From: Bacteroidales bacterium | GTDB lineage: Bacteria > Bacteroidota > Bacteroidia > Bacteroidales > UBA10428 | Direction: 5' to 3' | NCBI GenBank assembly: GCA_041737175.1 | Contig: JBGSSF010000034.1 | Location: 143,606 to 207,605, forward strand | DNA: 64,000 bases | In this document: one piece after another, positions 8,245 to 17,282 of the stretch | How positions within the stretch are numbered: position 1 is the first letter of the stretch | How the letters are laid out: each line of letters starts with the position of its first letter | Notes under the pieces: model-generated | What the model was told of the DNA's origin: nothing | Seen by the model: the letters and a program-made list of their open reading frames with translations, nothing else | The model's database searches: none | Made by a program: the position numbers and the translations under genes

Positions 8245-9582
8245 ATGGTATCCTTTCTCAGGCATATTATCCCGGCTTTTTGCCTTTTTGGTGTGATTGA
8301 CCTGTCAGCCCAGGATGTTCCCTGGCTCACACCTTCCGCATCCCTGAATGCAGTGCCGCTGACTATCAATTGCATTCCCCGGGCAGATGGTCAGTCCCTG
8401 CGTGAAGGTGATTACATTGGGATATTTAACGAGCAGAACAAATGCTTTGGACTTGCCCGGTGGAAGGATACCATTACTTTTAATATAACAGTCTATGGAT
8501 CTGATGGTACAATAGATGGATTTAACACCGGAGAAAAACTTACAATGAAGATCTGGCTCAGCGATGAGGATTGTATCCTGGAAAAACTATCCCAGGTAGC
8601 TTCCGATAATCCGCTGGTTTTCTCCAATGCAGTAACCAACCGGATCAATGTGCTTGATTTTGAACGGCTGTCTGTTTCCTATCCTACGGAAGGTCATTGT
8701 ATGAATGAAGGGATCCTGTTACCTGATATGAATTATAGGACGGATGATTTGCATTTTACCTCAACATCAGGCATAAACCTGAATCTTACCTCAGGAGCCG
8801 TTGATCCGTTGAGAAGTTCACCTGGCACATACGCGATCGAAATGAATTCGGGAACCTGTTTAACCAATAATAAGCTGACCCTGACATTGAAAGATTTTCC
8901 GCGCTTTTCATCTCCTCTTCCGGATACGGTATTGTGCGGGGAAGAAACTCTGGAGATAGCTTTGACCAATGAGTATGCTTCCGTTCAGTGGTCAACCGGG
9001 GCAACCACACCCCGGGTGAATCTGGAGGAACCGGCAACCGTGTGGTATTACGTCACAAACAGCCAGGGATGTGGCAACGCCGACACTTTCGTCATCAGGC
9101 AGATTGCCATTAAAAAACTTGAATATATCGTGGACAAGGCGGATTGTTACCAGAAGGGAAGGATCACGATCGGTGAAAGTTATATTGAAAACGGAAGGGC
9201 ACCTTACAGTTACATATTGAGCAATCAGCTTGAAAATCGTGAACAGGATGACCTGAGTGATGTTCCGGAGGGGGTGTACACGATGGAGGTGAGGAATGCC
9301 AACGGATGTATTCTCCGGCACGCGCAAAAGATCATCGTAGAAAAGGATTGTCTGAATGATGTTCCCGTTTTTACACCCAATGATGACGGGCAGGATGACA
9401 GGTATTTCATCAACCTTGAAGGGAAAATTAGAATTTTTGACAGGAATGGTACACTAAAGCGAAGGTTAACTGCCCCATGTTATTTCGATGGCAATGATGA
9501 ATCAGGCAGCCCGCTTCCCATGGGCGTATACATGGTAACCTCCGAAAAGGGAGAGAAAGTGGAATTGACCATAATCAGGTAA
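8245..9582 (+). CDS. Secreted protein with SprB-type repeat and T9SS type-B (gliding-motility-associated) C-terminal sorting domain
   Basis: The track ORF starts at TTG 8224. ATG 8245 gives the signal peptide MVSFLRHIIPAFCLFGVIDLSAQ. The C-terminus reads VPVFTPNDDGQDDRYFINLEGKIRIFDRNGT...LPMGVYMVTSEKGEKVELTIIR, matching the type-B CTD consensus (FTPNGDG.ND...I.NR.G...G.Y.Y...G.v.l.R). It is preceded by C..GRITIG..GRAPYSYI..GVYTMEVRNANGC. Confidence 0.8.
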   Translation: MVSFLRHIIPAFCLFGVIDLSAQDVPWLTPSASLNAVPLTINCIPRADGQSLREGDYIGIFNEQNKCFGLARWKDTITFNITVYGSDGTIDGFNTGEKLTMKIWLSDEDCILEKLSQVASDNPLVFSNAVTNRINVLDFERLSVSYPTEGHCMNEGILLPDMNYRTDDLHFTSTSGINLNLTSGAVDPLRSSPGTYAIEMNSGTCLTNNKLTLTLKDFPRFSSPLPDTVLCGEETLEIALTNEYASVQWSTGATTPRVNLEEPATVWYYVTNSQGCGNADTFVIRQIAIKKLEYIVDKADCYQKGRITIGESYIENGRAPYSYILSNQLENREQDDLSDVPEGVYTMEVRNANGCILRHAQKIIVEKDCLNDVPVFTPNDDGQDDRYFINLEGKIRIFDRNGTLKRRLTAPCYFDGNDESGSPLPMGVYMVTSEKGEKVELTIIR

Positions 9583-9619
9583 TTCAGCATCAGTCTCTCC
9601 CGTAGTTATCAATAGTTAA

Positions 9620-10342
9620 TCAGGGTTTCACAAAGATTGCCTCGTCAACCGGCACATTAATCTCTACTTTGGTAACGGTCATTGTCATGGCAAACTGCCC
9701 GCCGGCCATGTCCATTTCCATCTTATGAGGGGCCGTATACCCGTTGGTTTCCTGGTAATCGGAGAATGTGATCACATTTTCAATCATCTGACCCTGCATT
9801 TCTGTCTGTTGAATGCTTTTGATAAGAAGAAATGTAGTCGGGTCAAAGAAATAGAGAGCTGATGAACTGTCGGGAAGTGTCATCTTCACTTTGAAGGCAT
9901 TGACATCACCTACGGCTTCACTCTCCAGTAATTCTGCCTTGTATCCGATTTCGGCATAGTTGGTGAAAGGTCCACCGATAAATATATTGTCCTTTCCCTG
10001 GTTGTATTGTGCTTCGGGCATGGGTTCAGCAGCAGAGCTTCCGGCCATCGGATTGATGGTCCAGCCACCCTGATCGGTATAACAGGTAGCAATGATATTT
10101 CCCATGATGTCCATCTCCTGTTTCATGCCTTTGCCATTCAGGGTTGTGGACTTGACAAGTCCCTGCATGCCCATGATTTCCAGAGTGCTTTCGGTATAAA
10201 GGGAAGTGATTTTGCTCAGCTGATCTTTACCGCCAATCGCCTGAACGTATTTGGCAAGAACTTCATCGGCCGTCTGCGCTGAAATAAAGGAGGCACCCAT
10301 GAGTGCCAGAACAGAAAGTGCAAGTATTCTTTTGTTTTTCAT
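9620..10342 (-). CDS. Secreted protein of unknown function (possibly LolA / lipoprotein-sorting-like fold)
   Basis: 240 aa with signal peptide MKNKRILALSVLALMGASFISAQ. The N-terminal TADEVLAKYVQAIGGKD pattern resembles outer-membrane lipoprotein-sorting-like proteins. The fold assignment is a guess. Confidence 0.4.
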   Translation of the reverse strand: MKNKRILALSVLALMGASFISAQTADEVLAKYVQAIGGKDQLSKITSLYTESTLEIMGMQGLVKSTTLNGKGMKQEMDIMGNIIATCYTDQGGWTINPMAGSSAAEPMPEAQYNQGKDNIFIGGPFTNYAEIGYKAELLESEAVGDVNAFKVKMTLPDSSSALYFFDPTTFLLIKSIQQTEMQGQMIENVITFSDYQETNGYTAPHKMEMDMAGGQFAMTMTVTKVEINVPVDEAIFVKP

Positions 10343-10572
10343 GTTGTTGAAGATTAAGTTGAATCTACCGCAAGTTAATCAAGTATTTTAGTATTAAAAG
10401 AATTTTCTACGGATATTTTATTTCTTAGGTATACCTGATAATCAGATGCAATACATAAAGTTTACCCATCTATCCATAAAAACGTTCCCTTTGCCGATTT
10501 CATTTTTTAAGGCCCTGCCAGTTTCTGAACTTAGAATGATATTAATTTCTAAATCTTAAACAAATTTAGCGT

Positions 10573-10950
10573 ATGAAAAAGACATTGCTTTTAACATTTG
10601 TAGCATGGTTTGCACTTGTTTTGGCAGTTCATGCCCAGCCAGGCGGCGGACCGCCTTCGCCCGATGAAATGGCCAAAAGGGAAACGGAACAAATGAAATC
10701 GGGTTTGAACCTCACCACCGATCAGCTGCCCAAAGTGGAGGCCATTAACCTGAAATATGCCCAGAAAATGGGTGAAATGTTCCAGGCAGGTCCTCCCTCT
10801 GATTTTGCAGAAATGCAGAAAAATATGGAGGAAATTCAAAAAGCCAAAAGGGCAGATCTTGAAAAGGTTTTGACAGCCGATCAGCTGAAGAAGTACGATC
10901 AGATGATGGAAGAACGGATGAAAAACAGACCAGGTGGTCCTCCGATGTAG
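10573..10950 (+). CDS. Periplasmic LTXXQ-motif protein (Spy/CpxP-like)
   Basis: 125 aa with signal peptide ...ALVLAVHAQ. Two LTxDQL motifs (LTTDQL, LTADQL) sit in a helical, K/E/M-rich sequence flanked by G/P-rich ends. Confidence 0.5.
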   Translation: MKKTLLLTFVAWFALVLAVHAQPGGGPPSPDEMAKRETEQMKSGLNLTTDQLPKVEAINLKYAQKMGEMFQAGPPSDFAEMQKNMEEIQKAKRADLEKVLTADQLKKYDQMMEERMKNRPGGPPM

Positions 10951-10980
10951 GATTGATTATTTGTTGAATGAATTTATGAA

Positions 10981-11024
10981 ACACCTGTAGAGACGGATTG
11001 CAATCCGTCTCTACAGGTGTTTTA
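10981..11024. terminator. Bidirectional intrinsic terminator (perfect 40-nt palindrome)
   Basis: acacctgtagagacggattg/caatccgtctctacaggtgt followed by tttatt. It lies between convergent genes ending at 10950 (+) and 11030 (-). Confidence 0.8.
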
Positions 11025-11029
11025 TTATA

Positions 11030-12229
11030 TCATTTCTTTGGGGAGACTTTCCGGGCAGTTGACAGTATTCGTTGTATTACCCTATGGTCATTTGCCGGAT
11101 TTAAACCGCATATATGACTCAGAACATAGGCCAGGCCTTTTTTATCCAGGATACGGGAAAATTGAGCATCACTAGGCAACAGGTTTCCATTTTCATCCCT
11201 GGCCTGAAAACAAAGTCCATAGGCAAAGGTCAGCAGGATTCTATTTACAGGTGACTTTATCTCCATGCCATCGATCAGTGGACTCAGGATCCTGTCATTG
11301 CGGTGCAGTTTTCGCTTTAGATCACAGCCTACCCTGAAAACGGTATCTCCGAGTGCACGATTGCTAAAACGAAACAGCAGATCATCCACATGATCCGTAA
11401 GATCTGCGGGGGTAAACTCGCCAGGGTATTTTCTCATCAGCACCTCAGCGCTTTGCAGCATGGCACTCCGGGCGAAATGTTTCACTGTTTTGTTTTTCAG
11501 TGCATCGGCCAGGTAAATAGCATTTGGTTCTGCCAGGAATCCTGCATAGGCTGCCGCAGCATGGCCAAAATTATGAATATGCGATTTACGGTCGACCCAG
11601 GCTTTCATATTGTCCTTCGGAGCAAGTCCTGCGACATCAGGGATCGGATTTTTAAAAGCTTTTTTGTCGAGTATCAGTGTGTTGTAAGGTTCTGCATATA
11701 CCAGCAGGCAATCTTTTTCCTGGATTTCATTCTGCATAATCGGCACCATTTTGCCAATACTTGTTTCTACCAGACCCACCAATTCATTCAAAGGAAATTC
11801 TTTTCCCAGGATCTTTTGTAAAATGCCTTTCACATACTGATCGGCATCGCGAAGGTTTTCCGCCAAGATGATGTCAAGTGGTTTTTTACCATATATCTTC
11901 CATCGAAGCTTCAGACCTTCGGCCAGTGTGGCAATAGCCTGCGGAAGCCCCTTCTGACCGACTGAAACGGCTGCAATATCGCAGTCAGATAATTCCATAG
12001 CCACTTTATCCACGTCTTTGCCTGATACACCCCGGACATTTTCAACATGCAGGATCTCATCTGCTCCGGCGCTCTTAATCACAACCTGATAGCCTTTACG
12101 GCTGTTCAATTCCCGGATGACCCGCTCGGCGATATCCACAAAAACCACTTCATATCCCGACCGGGCAAAAAGCTGACCGATAAAGGAACGTCCGATCTTA
12201 CCGGCACCAAAGAGAACCAGTTTTTTCAT
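11030..12229 (-). CDS. Mannitol-dehydrogenase-family polyol(-phosphate) dehydrogenase (MtlD-like)
   Basis: 399 aa. The N-terminal Rossmann motif is MKKLVLFGAGKIGRSFIGQLF. VDRKSHIHNFGHAAAAYAG parallels the E. coli MtlD segment VERKLFTLNTGHAITAYLG. Confidence 0.7.
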   Translation of the reverse strand: MKKLVLFGAGKIGRSFIGQLFARSGYEVVFVDIAERVIRELNSRKGYQVVIKSAGADEILHVENVRGVSGKDVDKVAMELSDCDIAAVSVGQKGLPQAIATLAEGLKLRWKIYGKKPLDIILAENLRDADQYVKGILQKILGKEFPLNELVGLVETSIGKMVPIMQNEIQEKDCLLVYAEPYNTLILDKKAFKNPIPDVAGLAPKDNMKAWVDRKSHIHNFGHAAAAYAGFLAEPNAIYLADALKNKTVKHFARSAMLQSAEVLMRKYPGEFTPADLTDHVDDLLFRFSNRALGDTVFRVGCDLKRKLHRNDRILSPLIDGMEIKSPVNRILLTFAYGLCFQARDENGNLLPSDAQFSRILDKKGLAYVLSHICGLNPANDHRVIQRILSTARKVSPKK

Positions 12230-12244
12230 GCATTATTACTAAAA

Positions 12245-13252
12245 TCAGATATAGTCGCTAACCAGGACTTCAATCACATTGCTTGTACTTTCTCCCGGTT
12301 GCAGCATGGGTAAAGCGTTCTCGTCGCGGAGGGCTTTCCGTGATTTGCATAGCACATTACAGGGTTCGATCCCCAATACGTATTCACCATATCCCATCAT
12401 TTTCCACTCCGTTATATAAGGAAGCTGGTTCACATTGAAGATAATACTTACAGCAACTCCGGCCTGCTTGTTTTGCAGAGTGACCGTGGTTTCTCCCCGG
12501 GCATTGCCCTTCATGGTATGAAAAAAAACCTGTTCCAGGTATGAAGGCTGGGGCTTTATGAAGTTCCTGTATTCCTTTATCCCGGGAACAGCATTTGCGT
12601 CACGGGGTGAAGAATCCAGGGGGTCGATCACCAGTTCGGCATCCTCGGTCAGGAGAGGGTAACCAAGGTTCATGTGATAGAGAATGGTATAAGGACTAGG
12701 AGCGCTCCCGAAATTGGTGATCCTGTCTTTAATACGGATCATGTTCTGGCCGCAGACAGAAGATATGTCACGTTCCATCCTCAGCTTGTTCCCAAAAATA
12801 TAACCTTCTTCGATGATTCCCGTGACCCGGCAGATGTAATCATTGCCATTCCAACCCGACAGGTCGGAAAATTGCCTGGCAGGGAGTGTGGAAAACCTCC
12901 CATGCAGTCCGAGTTGCTCGCCACCATCCTCACAGGGAGGGCCGAGGTAGGTTAGTCCGCAGGTAGTGAGCAGACCGGCGGCAAATGTGCGAAGCCAGCC
13001 AATCCCTTCCGGTTCATAGTATGCCGGGTGAGTTTCGCCATTGCAGGTAAGGTAAACCAGGTTCATTCCCTTGTAACTTGCCAGTGAAATATCCATTCCA
13101 CGGTCAGGCAGAATCGTGTACTGCAGTCCGCTCCCGGTATTTATATCAGTAGCCCTCAGTCCTCGTCCCCAGCCGTCGTTTAGTGTATAATGACGACAAC
13201 CACCCTGCTGGGAAAGGTTTCCGATGTATTTTAATTTTTCCGATTTATCCAT
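12245..13252 (-). CDS. Aldose-1-epimerase-like protein (DUF4432 family)
   Basis: 335 aa. LPDRGMDISLASYKG, GWLRTFAAGLLTTCGLTYLG and GLHGRFSTLPA match the DUF4432 pattern as I recall it. Confidence 0.7.
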   Translation of the reverse strand: MDKSEKLKYIGNLSQQGGCRHYTLNDGWGRGLRATDINTGSGLQYTILPDRGMDISLASYKGMNLVYLTCNGETHPAYYEPEGIGWLRTFAAGLLTTCGLTYLGPPCEDGGEQLGLHGRFSTLPARQFSDLSGWNGNDYICRVTGIIEEGYIFGNKLRMERDISSVCGQNMIRIKDRITNFGSAPSPYTILYHMNLGYPLLTEDAELVIDPLDSSPRDANAVPGIKEYRNFIKPQPSYLEQVFFHTMKGNARGETTVTLQNKQAGVAVSIIFNVNQLPYITEWKMMGYGEYVLGIEPCNVLCKSRKALRDENALPMLQPGESTSNVIEVLVSDYI

Positions 13253-13287
13253 GACATTACATGTAAAGTTTATAGAAAGATACGGAT

Positions 13288-14796
13288 TTAATCTGTTTGT
13301 TTTTCTGACCAGAATTGTTTCAGAACAGGATAAAGCTGTTTGTAGGTAATGAATTTCTTATCATAAATTATTGCATTTTCCGGATTAGGTGTGAATTCCT
13401 CCGTTTTTGAAGTGTTATCCCTGAGTAATTCCAAAACAGGTATGTTTTCTGTGGCGCTCTTAGCGAGCATTGCTGCGCCAAAACATCCTGCTTCGCTGAC
13501 GTCATGTACGATGATCTTTTTGTTCAGTACATCTGCCTTGAGTTGTGTCCATTTGGGATTACGGGTTCCACCCCCGGTAGCAATCAGTGAGTTGATTTTC
13601 ATTCCTGATTTCTCCATCAGCTGAAGATTCAGTTTCATTTCAAGGGCCACACCTTCGAGCAATGCCCTGGTTATTTCGCCTTTGGTGGTTGACAGCTGAA
13701 GCCCAATAATCGCTCCCTTGGCCCTGGTATCAAAATAGGGGGTCCCGGTGGCAGAAAAATAGGGCAGTACAAGCAGATCGGAAGGAAGGGAGGTCATGGC
13801 ATCCAGAAGAAGAGTATAGGTATTTTGCCCGGAACTTGCTGCCATGGCTTTTTCCGATTGTCCCAATTCATCGCGCATCCACCGCAGGATATTGCCTCCT
13901 GTCAGGCTGTAGGCAACACTGGTGTACTTCCCCCTGACAGTGAAATCATAGCAGCAAAGGTTATTCCTATGCAGCTCTTCTGAGAAGCTTGGCCTATCAA
14001 GTATGGGACAGAAACATTCAACAGTGCCGGTGGCATACATGCACATACCTGTCTCAATCACCCCTGCCCCTAATGCCGCACAGGTTTGATCATGGCCACC
14101 GGCTACCAAAGTAACCCTATCCGTAAAGCCCACTTTAAGACCGTTTTCTGGTTTGATGATTCCGGTTATTTCGCCTGACGCAATGGGTATTGCCAGCTTT
14201 TCAGGCAGCAAACCGACAGCCTCGAGAATTTCTGTACTCCATTGGTGATGCAGAACGTCAAAAAGCATTGTCCTTCCTGCCAAGGGCCAGCTGATCTTTG
14301 GCTCAAGCCCCATCCTGTAATGGAATAAATCTTCGAAGCACAGAAAATACCTGGCATTATTCCATATTTCAGGTTGATTTTCCTTAATCCAGATTATTTT
14401 AAATAAAGTGAACAAAGGATGCGGTGTATGTCCTGTAATGTGATAGATTTTCTCATTTCCGAAACCGCTGCTCCAACTGGCTGCAATATCCCTTGCCCTG
14501 GAATCCGAAGAAACCATGGCATTCCCCAGTATTTTCCCATCACCACCGACCGGCGCAAACGCTTCTCCCTGGCTTGAGATACTCATAGCTTTTACAGGAT
14601 CGGAAACATTCTCATTTACCTCTGTAATCACTTCAAAACATTTAAAGATCACTTCTTCCGGATTGAGCTCCGCCCAGCCGGGATGAGGATGCAAAACAGC
14701 ATATTCCCGGAAGGAAGAAGCCAGTTCCTTCCCTTTGTCGTCAAATACAACCGCCTTGCATCCTCCGGTGCCTATGTCCAAACCCAGGTAACTCAA
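13288..14796 (-). CDS. FGGY-family carbohydrate kinase (xylulokinase / ketose kinase-like)
   Basis: 502 aa with an apparent TTG start. The N-terminal sequence SYLGLDIGTGGCKAVVFD and ...ATGGGTRNPKWTQLKADV are the two FGGY signatures. Confidence 0.85.
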   Translation of the reverse strand: MSYLGLDIGTGGCKAVVFDDKGKELASSFREYAVLHPHPGWAELNPEEVIFKCFEVITEVNENVSDPVKAMSISSQGEAFAPVGGDGKILGNAMVSSDSRARDIAASWSSGFGNEKIYHITGHTPHPLFTLFKIIWIKENQPEIWNNARYFLCFEDLFHYRMGLEPKISWPLAGRTMLFDVLHHQWSTEILEAVGLLPEKLAIPIASGEITGIIKPENGLKVGFTDRVTLVAGGHDQTCAALGAGVIETGMCMYATGTVECFCPILDRPSFSEELHRNNLCCYDFTVRGKYTSVAYSLTGGNILRWMRDELGQSEKAMAASSGQNTYTLLLDAMTSLPSDLLVLPYFSATGTPYFDTRAKGAIIGLQLSTTKGEITRALLEGVALEMKLNLQLMEKSGMKINSLIATGGGTRNPKWTQLKADVLNKKIIVHDVSEAGCFGAAMLAKSATENIPVLELLRDNTSKTEEFTPNPENAIIYDKKFITYKQLYPVLKQFWSEKQTD

Positions 14797-14807
14797 GATA
14801 TTTTGTT

Positions 14808-16214
14808 TTAAATTTCAGTGATTTCATAACCCAGATATCGTGTGCAGGCTTCCCGCAATGCCGGAGCAAAAAGTCCGGGCGTCACGCTCACATGATGCCG
14901 GTATCCGTTATAACCGATTTTATATAATTTTTCCTGCAGATTATCGATCTGCGCAACTCCTCCGCAACCGAAAAAGCCTTCCTGTATTGGATCTTTGGTA
15001 AACTTACCTTCGCCCATATACACAAAAAGTTTCCCATCCTGTGTTTTTGAGCTGGCAAAGGTGATCGGGTTGGGTGCAATGCGTCCGACATTGCAGCCAA
15101 AGCCACAGCCTGCACCAAATGACTTGGCAAACATGGGATGTTCAATAACTTCTCCTTTGGCGGTCATTAGACTTTGTGGTACAGGTCCGCAATGGAAGAG
15201 TATGCATTTATCGGGCTCATCACCGTAATTGTTGTTCCAGTCGAGACAGGTTGCCGGTTTCCCCGATGCCAGGTTCAGAGCATACATGGTGATGGCATTG
15301 CAGATATCCAGTTCACAGGCTGCCGGTATACCACGATCGTTGATTTCACTAAGAAGAACACAGGGAGCTACGCCAAAATCCTTTTCCATTTCGATCCAGC
15401 AACGCAAGGCGAGAGTATCCATCCTATATTCATCAATGATCTCGTCGATCACGACACCAAATCGCACCAGGTTTTCAAATGCTTTTTCAGGAACTTTTTT
15501 AAAGTTGGTATAGTTTTTCAGTCTGTTCGCTTTTTCTTTCGATGCCTTGTTAGTTATGTCCAGCTTGCGTACCCTGCTGAATACTTCTGACAAATCGAGG
15601 GCTTCAGTTGTTATCCCGTATTTCTGCAGAGCCAGTTCATCAAAACGAACCGTTTTAAATGCTGTGGTCCTTGCCCCTATAGCTCCTACGGTCATCCTTT
15701 TCATGCCTTTGACGATTTTGCATACCTTATCGAATGCGTCAATTTGCTGTTTGAACTCTTTTGAAGATGGATGCAAAGTGTGGGGAGGGAAGACAGTATA
15801 GGGCAGCCGGTACTGGTAAAACACATCCATGATGGAGAATTTCCCGCAGAAAGCGTCACGGCGCTGCTGGAAATCCATTTTGTCCAGTTCATCCGGATAA
15901 GCGAGGATATAAATGGGCACTCCTGCATCCTGTAAAGCCGCAGCTGCCCCGTTTTCATCTCCGAAGTTCGGAAGTACCAGGATGACACCATCAAATTTAC
16001 CCCGGTTGTCCTGCAGGAATTTTGCATATTTCCTGCCTTCTTCAGTAGTCTCAATGGCTCCGTAACGGGTCAGGTGGCTGTCCATCATCAGGGTGCTGTG
16101 TCCCAGTTTTTTAAGTGTCTCGCTGACTTCCTTGCGGGCTATGGCAATCAATGATTCAGGAAAGAATCCCCTGTTGCCAAAATACAATGCGAATGTTGAT
16201 TCTTGATCTTTCAT
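14808..16214 (-). CDS. L-fucose/L-arabinose-isomerase-family sugar isomerase
   Basis: The track ORF extends to 16319 and would overlap the upstream aldolase. The ATG at 16214 (MKDQESTFALYFGNRGFFPE...) lies 13 nt after that gene's stop. A ~468 aa FucI-like protein results, judged on the N-terminal pattern and size. Confidence 0.7.
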   Translation of the reverse strand: MKDQESTFALYFGNRGFFPESLIAIARKEVSETLKKLGHSTLMMDSHLTRYGAIETTEEGRKYAKFLQDNRGKFDGVILVLPNFGDENGAAAALQDAGVPIYILAYPDELDKMDFQQRRDAFCGKFSIMDVFYQYRLPYTVFPPHTLHPSSKEFKQQIDAFDKVCKIVKGMKRMTVGAIGARTTAFKTVRFDELALQKYGITTEALDLSEVFSRVRKLDITNKASKEKANRLKNYTNFKKVPEKAFENLVRFGVVIDEIIDEYRMDTLALRCWIEMEKDFGVAPCVLLSEINDRGIPAACELDICNAITMYALNLASGKPATCLDWNNNYGDEPDKCILFHCGPVPQSLMTAKGEVIEHPMFAKSFGAGCGFGCNVGRIAPNPITFASSKTQDGKLFVYMGEGKFTKDPIQEGFFGCGGVAQIDNLQEKLYKIGYNGYRHHVSVTPGLFAPALREACTRYLGYEITEI

Positions 16215-16227
16215 AGGATTAGTAGTA

Positions 16228-17151
16228 TTATATATTACTGTCGTCAAATATGCGGTTTGCGGATCCGGCAATTTCAAGCTGTTTCCGGATGATATCCAGC
16301 ATTTCGTTATAAACAGCATCCTGGGCCGCTTTTACTGAGCTGTTCATTAATTTCTCATAGGGCTGCCGGATGGCTGTTGCAATATTGATTTTGGCTATAC
16401 CCTGTTTGAACGATTGCATCAGGTATTCTTTAGCAATTCCTGTTCCTCCGTGAAGGACAAGCGGAATGTGAAGGGTATTGTTAATTTTCTCAAGGTGGGG
16501 AATGGCCAGCCGGGCTTCAATCTTTTTTTCTGTACGCGATGCAGCAGATATGGCTCCGTGAACATTACCTATGGCAACGGATAACCAGTCGGTTTGTGTT
16601 TCCTGAATGAACTTCAGAGCCTCTTCAGGTGAAGTGAATCCTTTGCCGGTTGCAAACAGCTCCTCATAGGGTGTTAATGGTCCCGATTCATGGCCCATCA
16701 CGGCACCCAGTTCGGCCTCCACCGGGATTCCTGCACTGTGTGCGAGAGCTGTAATTTTCCGTGTGCTTTTGATATTGTCATCCAGTGAAAGCCTCGATCC
16801 GTCGATCATAACCGAATCATATCCCAGTTCAATCGCTTCAGAGATGATGGCTTTAAAATCGGTAAGCAGGTTGTCTTCATCAATGACCGGCACATGATCG
16901 AGGTGAAGGCGGGTGAATCGAAGATCTTTCTGCATTTCATATTCATCACGGATACTTTTCATACTGCCGGATTTGAATTTAATCCATTCCAGCCTCGCAA
17001 CCATGATCAGTCCGAATGTACCAGTGTCCCGCAACGCCCTGACGACTGGTTCCATCATCGGAAGGTAGGGGATGTTAAACCCGGGTACAACAATACCTTT
17101 CTTCCATGCATGGTGCACAATCACTCTTGTGCCTAAAATTGCATGATCCAT
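16228..17151 (-). CDS. Class II ketose-bisphosphate aldolase (FBA/tagatose-bisphosphate aldolase family)
   Basis: 307 aa. LHLDH, AELG..G.E and LVLHGGTG are class II aldolase metal and phosphate-site motifs. Confidence 0.85.
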   Translation of the reverse strand: MDHAILGTRVIVHHAWKKGIVVPGFNIPYLPMMEPVVRALRDTGTFGLIMVARLEWIKFKSGSMKSIRDEYEMQKDLRFTRLHLDHVPVIDEDNLLTDFKAIISEAIELGYDSVMIDGSRLSLDDNIKSTRKITALAHSAGIPVEAELGAVMGHESGPLTPYEELFATGKGFTSPEEALKFIQETQTDWLSVAIGNVHGAISAASRTEKKIEARLAIPHLEKINNTLHIPLVLHGGTGIAKEYLMQSFKQGIAKINIATAIRQPYEKLMNSSVKAAQDAVYNEMLDIIRKQLEIAGSANRIFDDSNI

Positions 17152-17282
17152 TTTAAAGCAGGTTACTTTTAGAAGCCTAACGAATTTACAAAGTTAAAAT
17201 CCTGAAATGTAGCAACTGATTTGCCATATCTTGTACTATATTTACATTGTTGTCCTTCTTTAAACTAATTACGGTTAATATT

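Noticed and set aside
12362-12374. GGGTTCGATCCCC is a tRNA T-arm-like string.
   Set aside because: It lies inside a well-supported CDS (the DUF4432 protein). No acceptor, anticodon or D-arm complementarity is visible around it.
16215-16319. An N-terminal extension of the fucose-isomerase-family ORF overlaps the aldolase 3' end by 92 nt.
   Set aside because: The internal ATG at 16214 lies 13 nt after the aldolase stop, and the family-typical N-terminus begins there.
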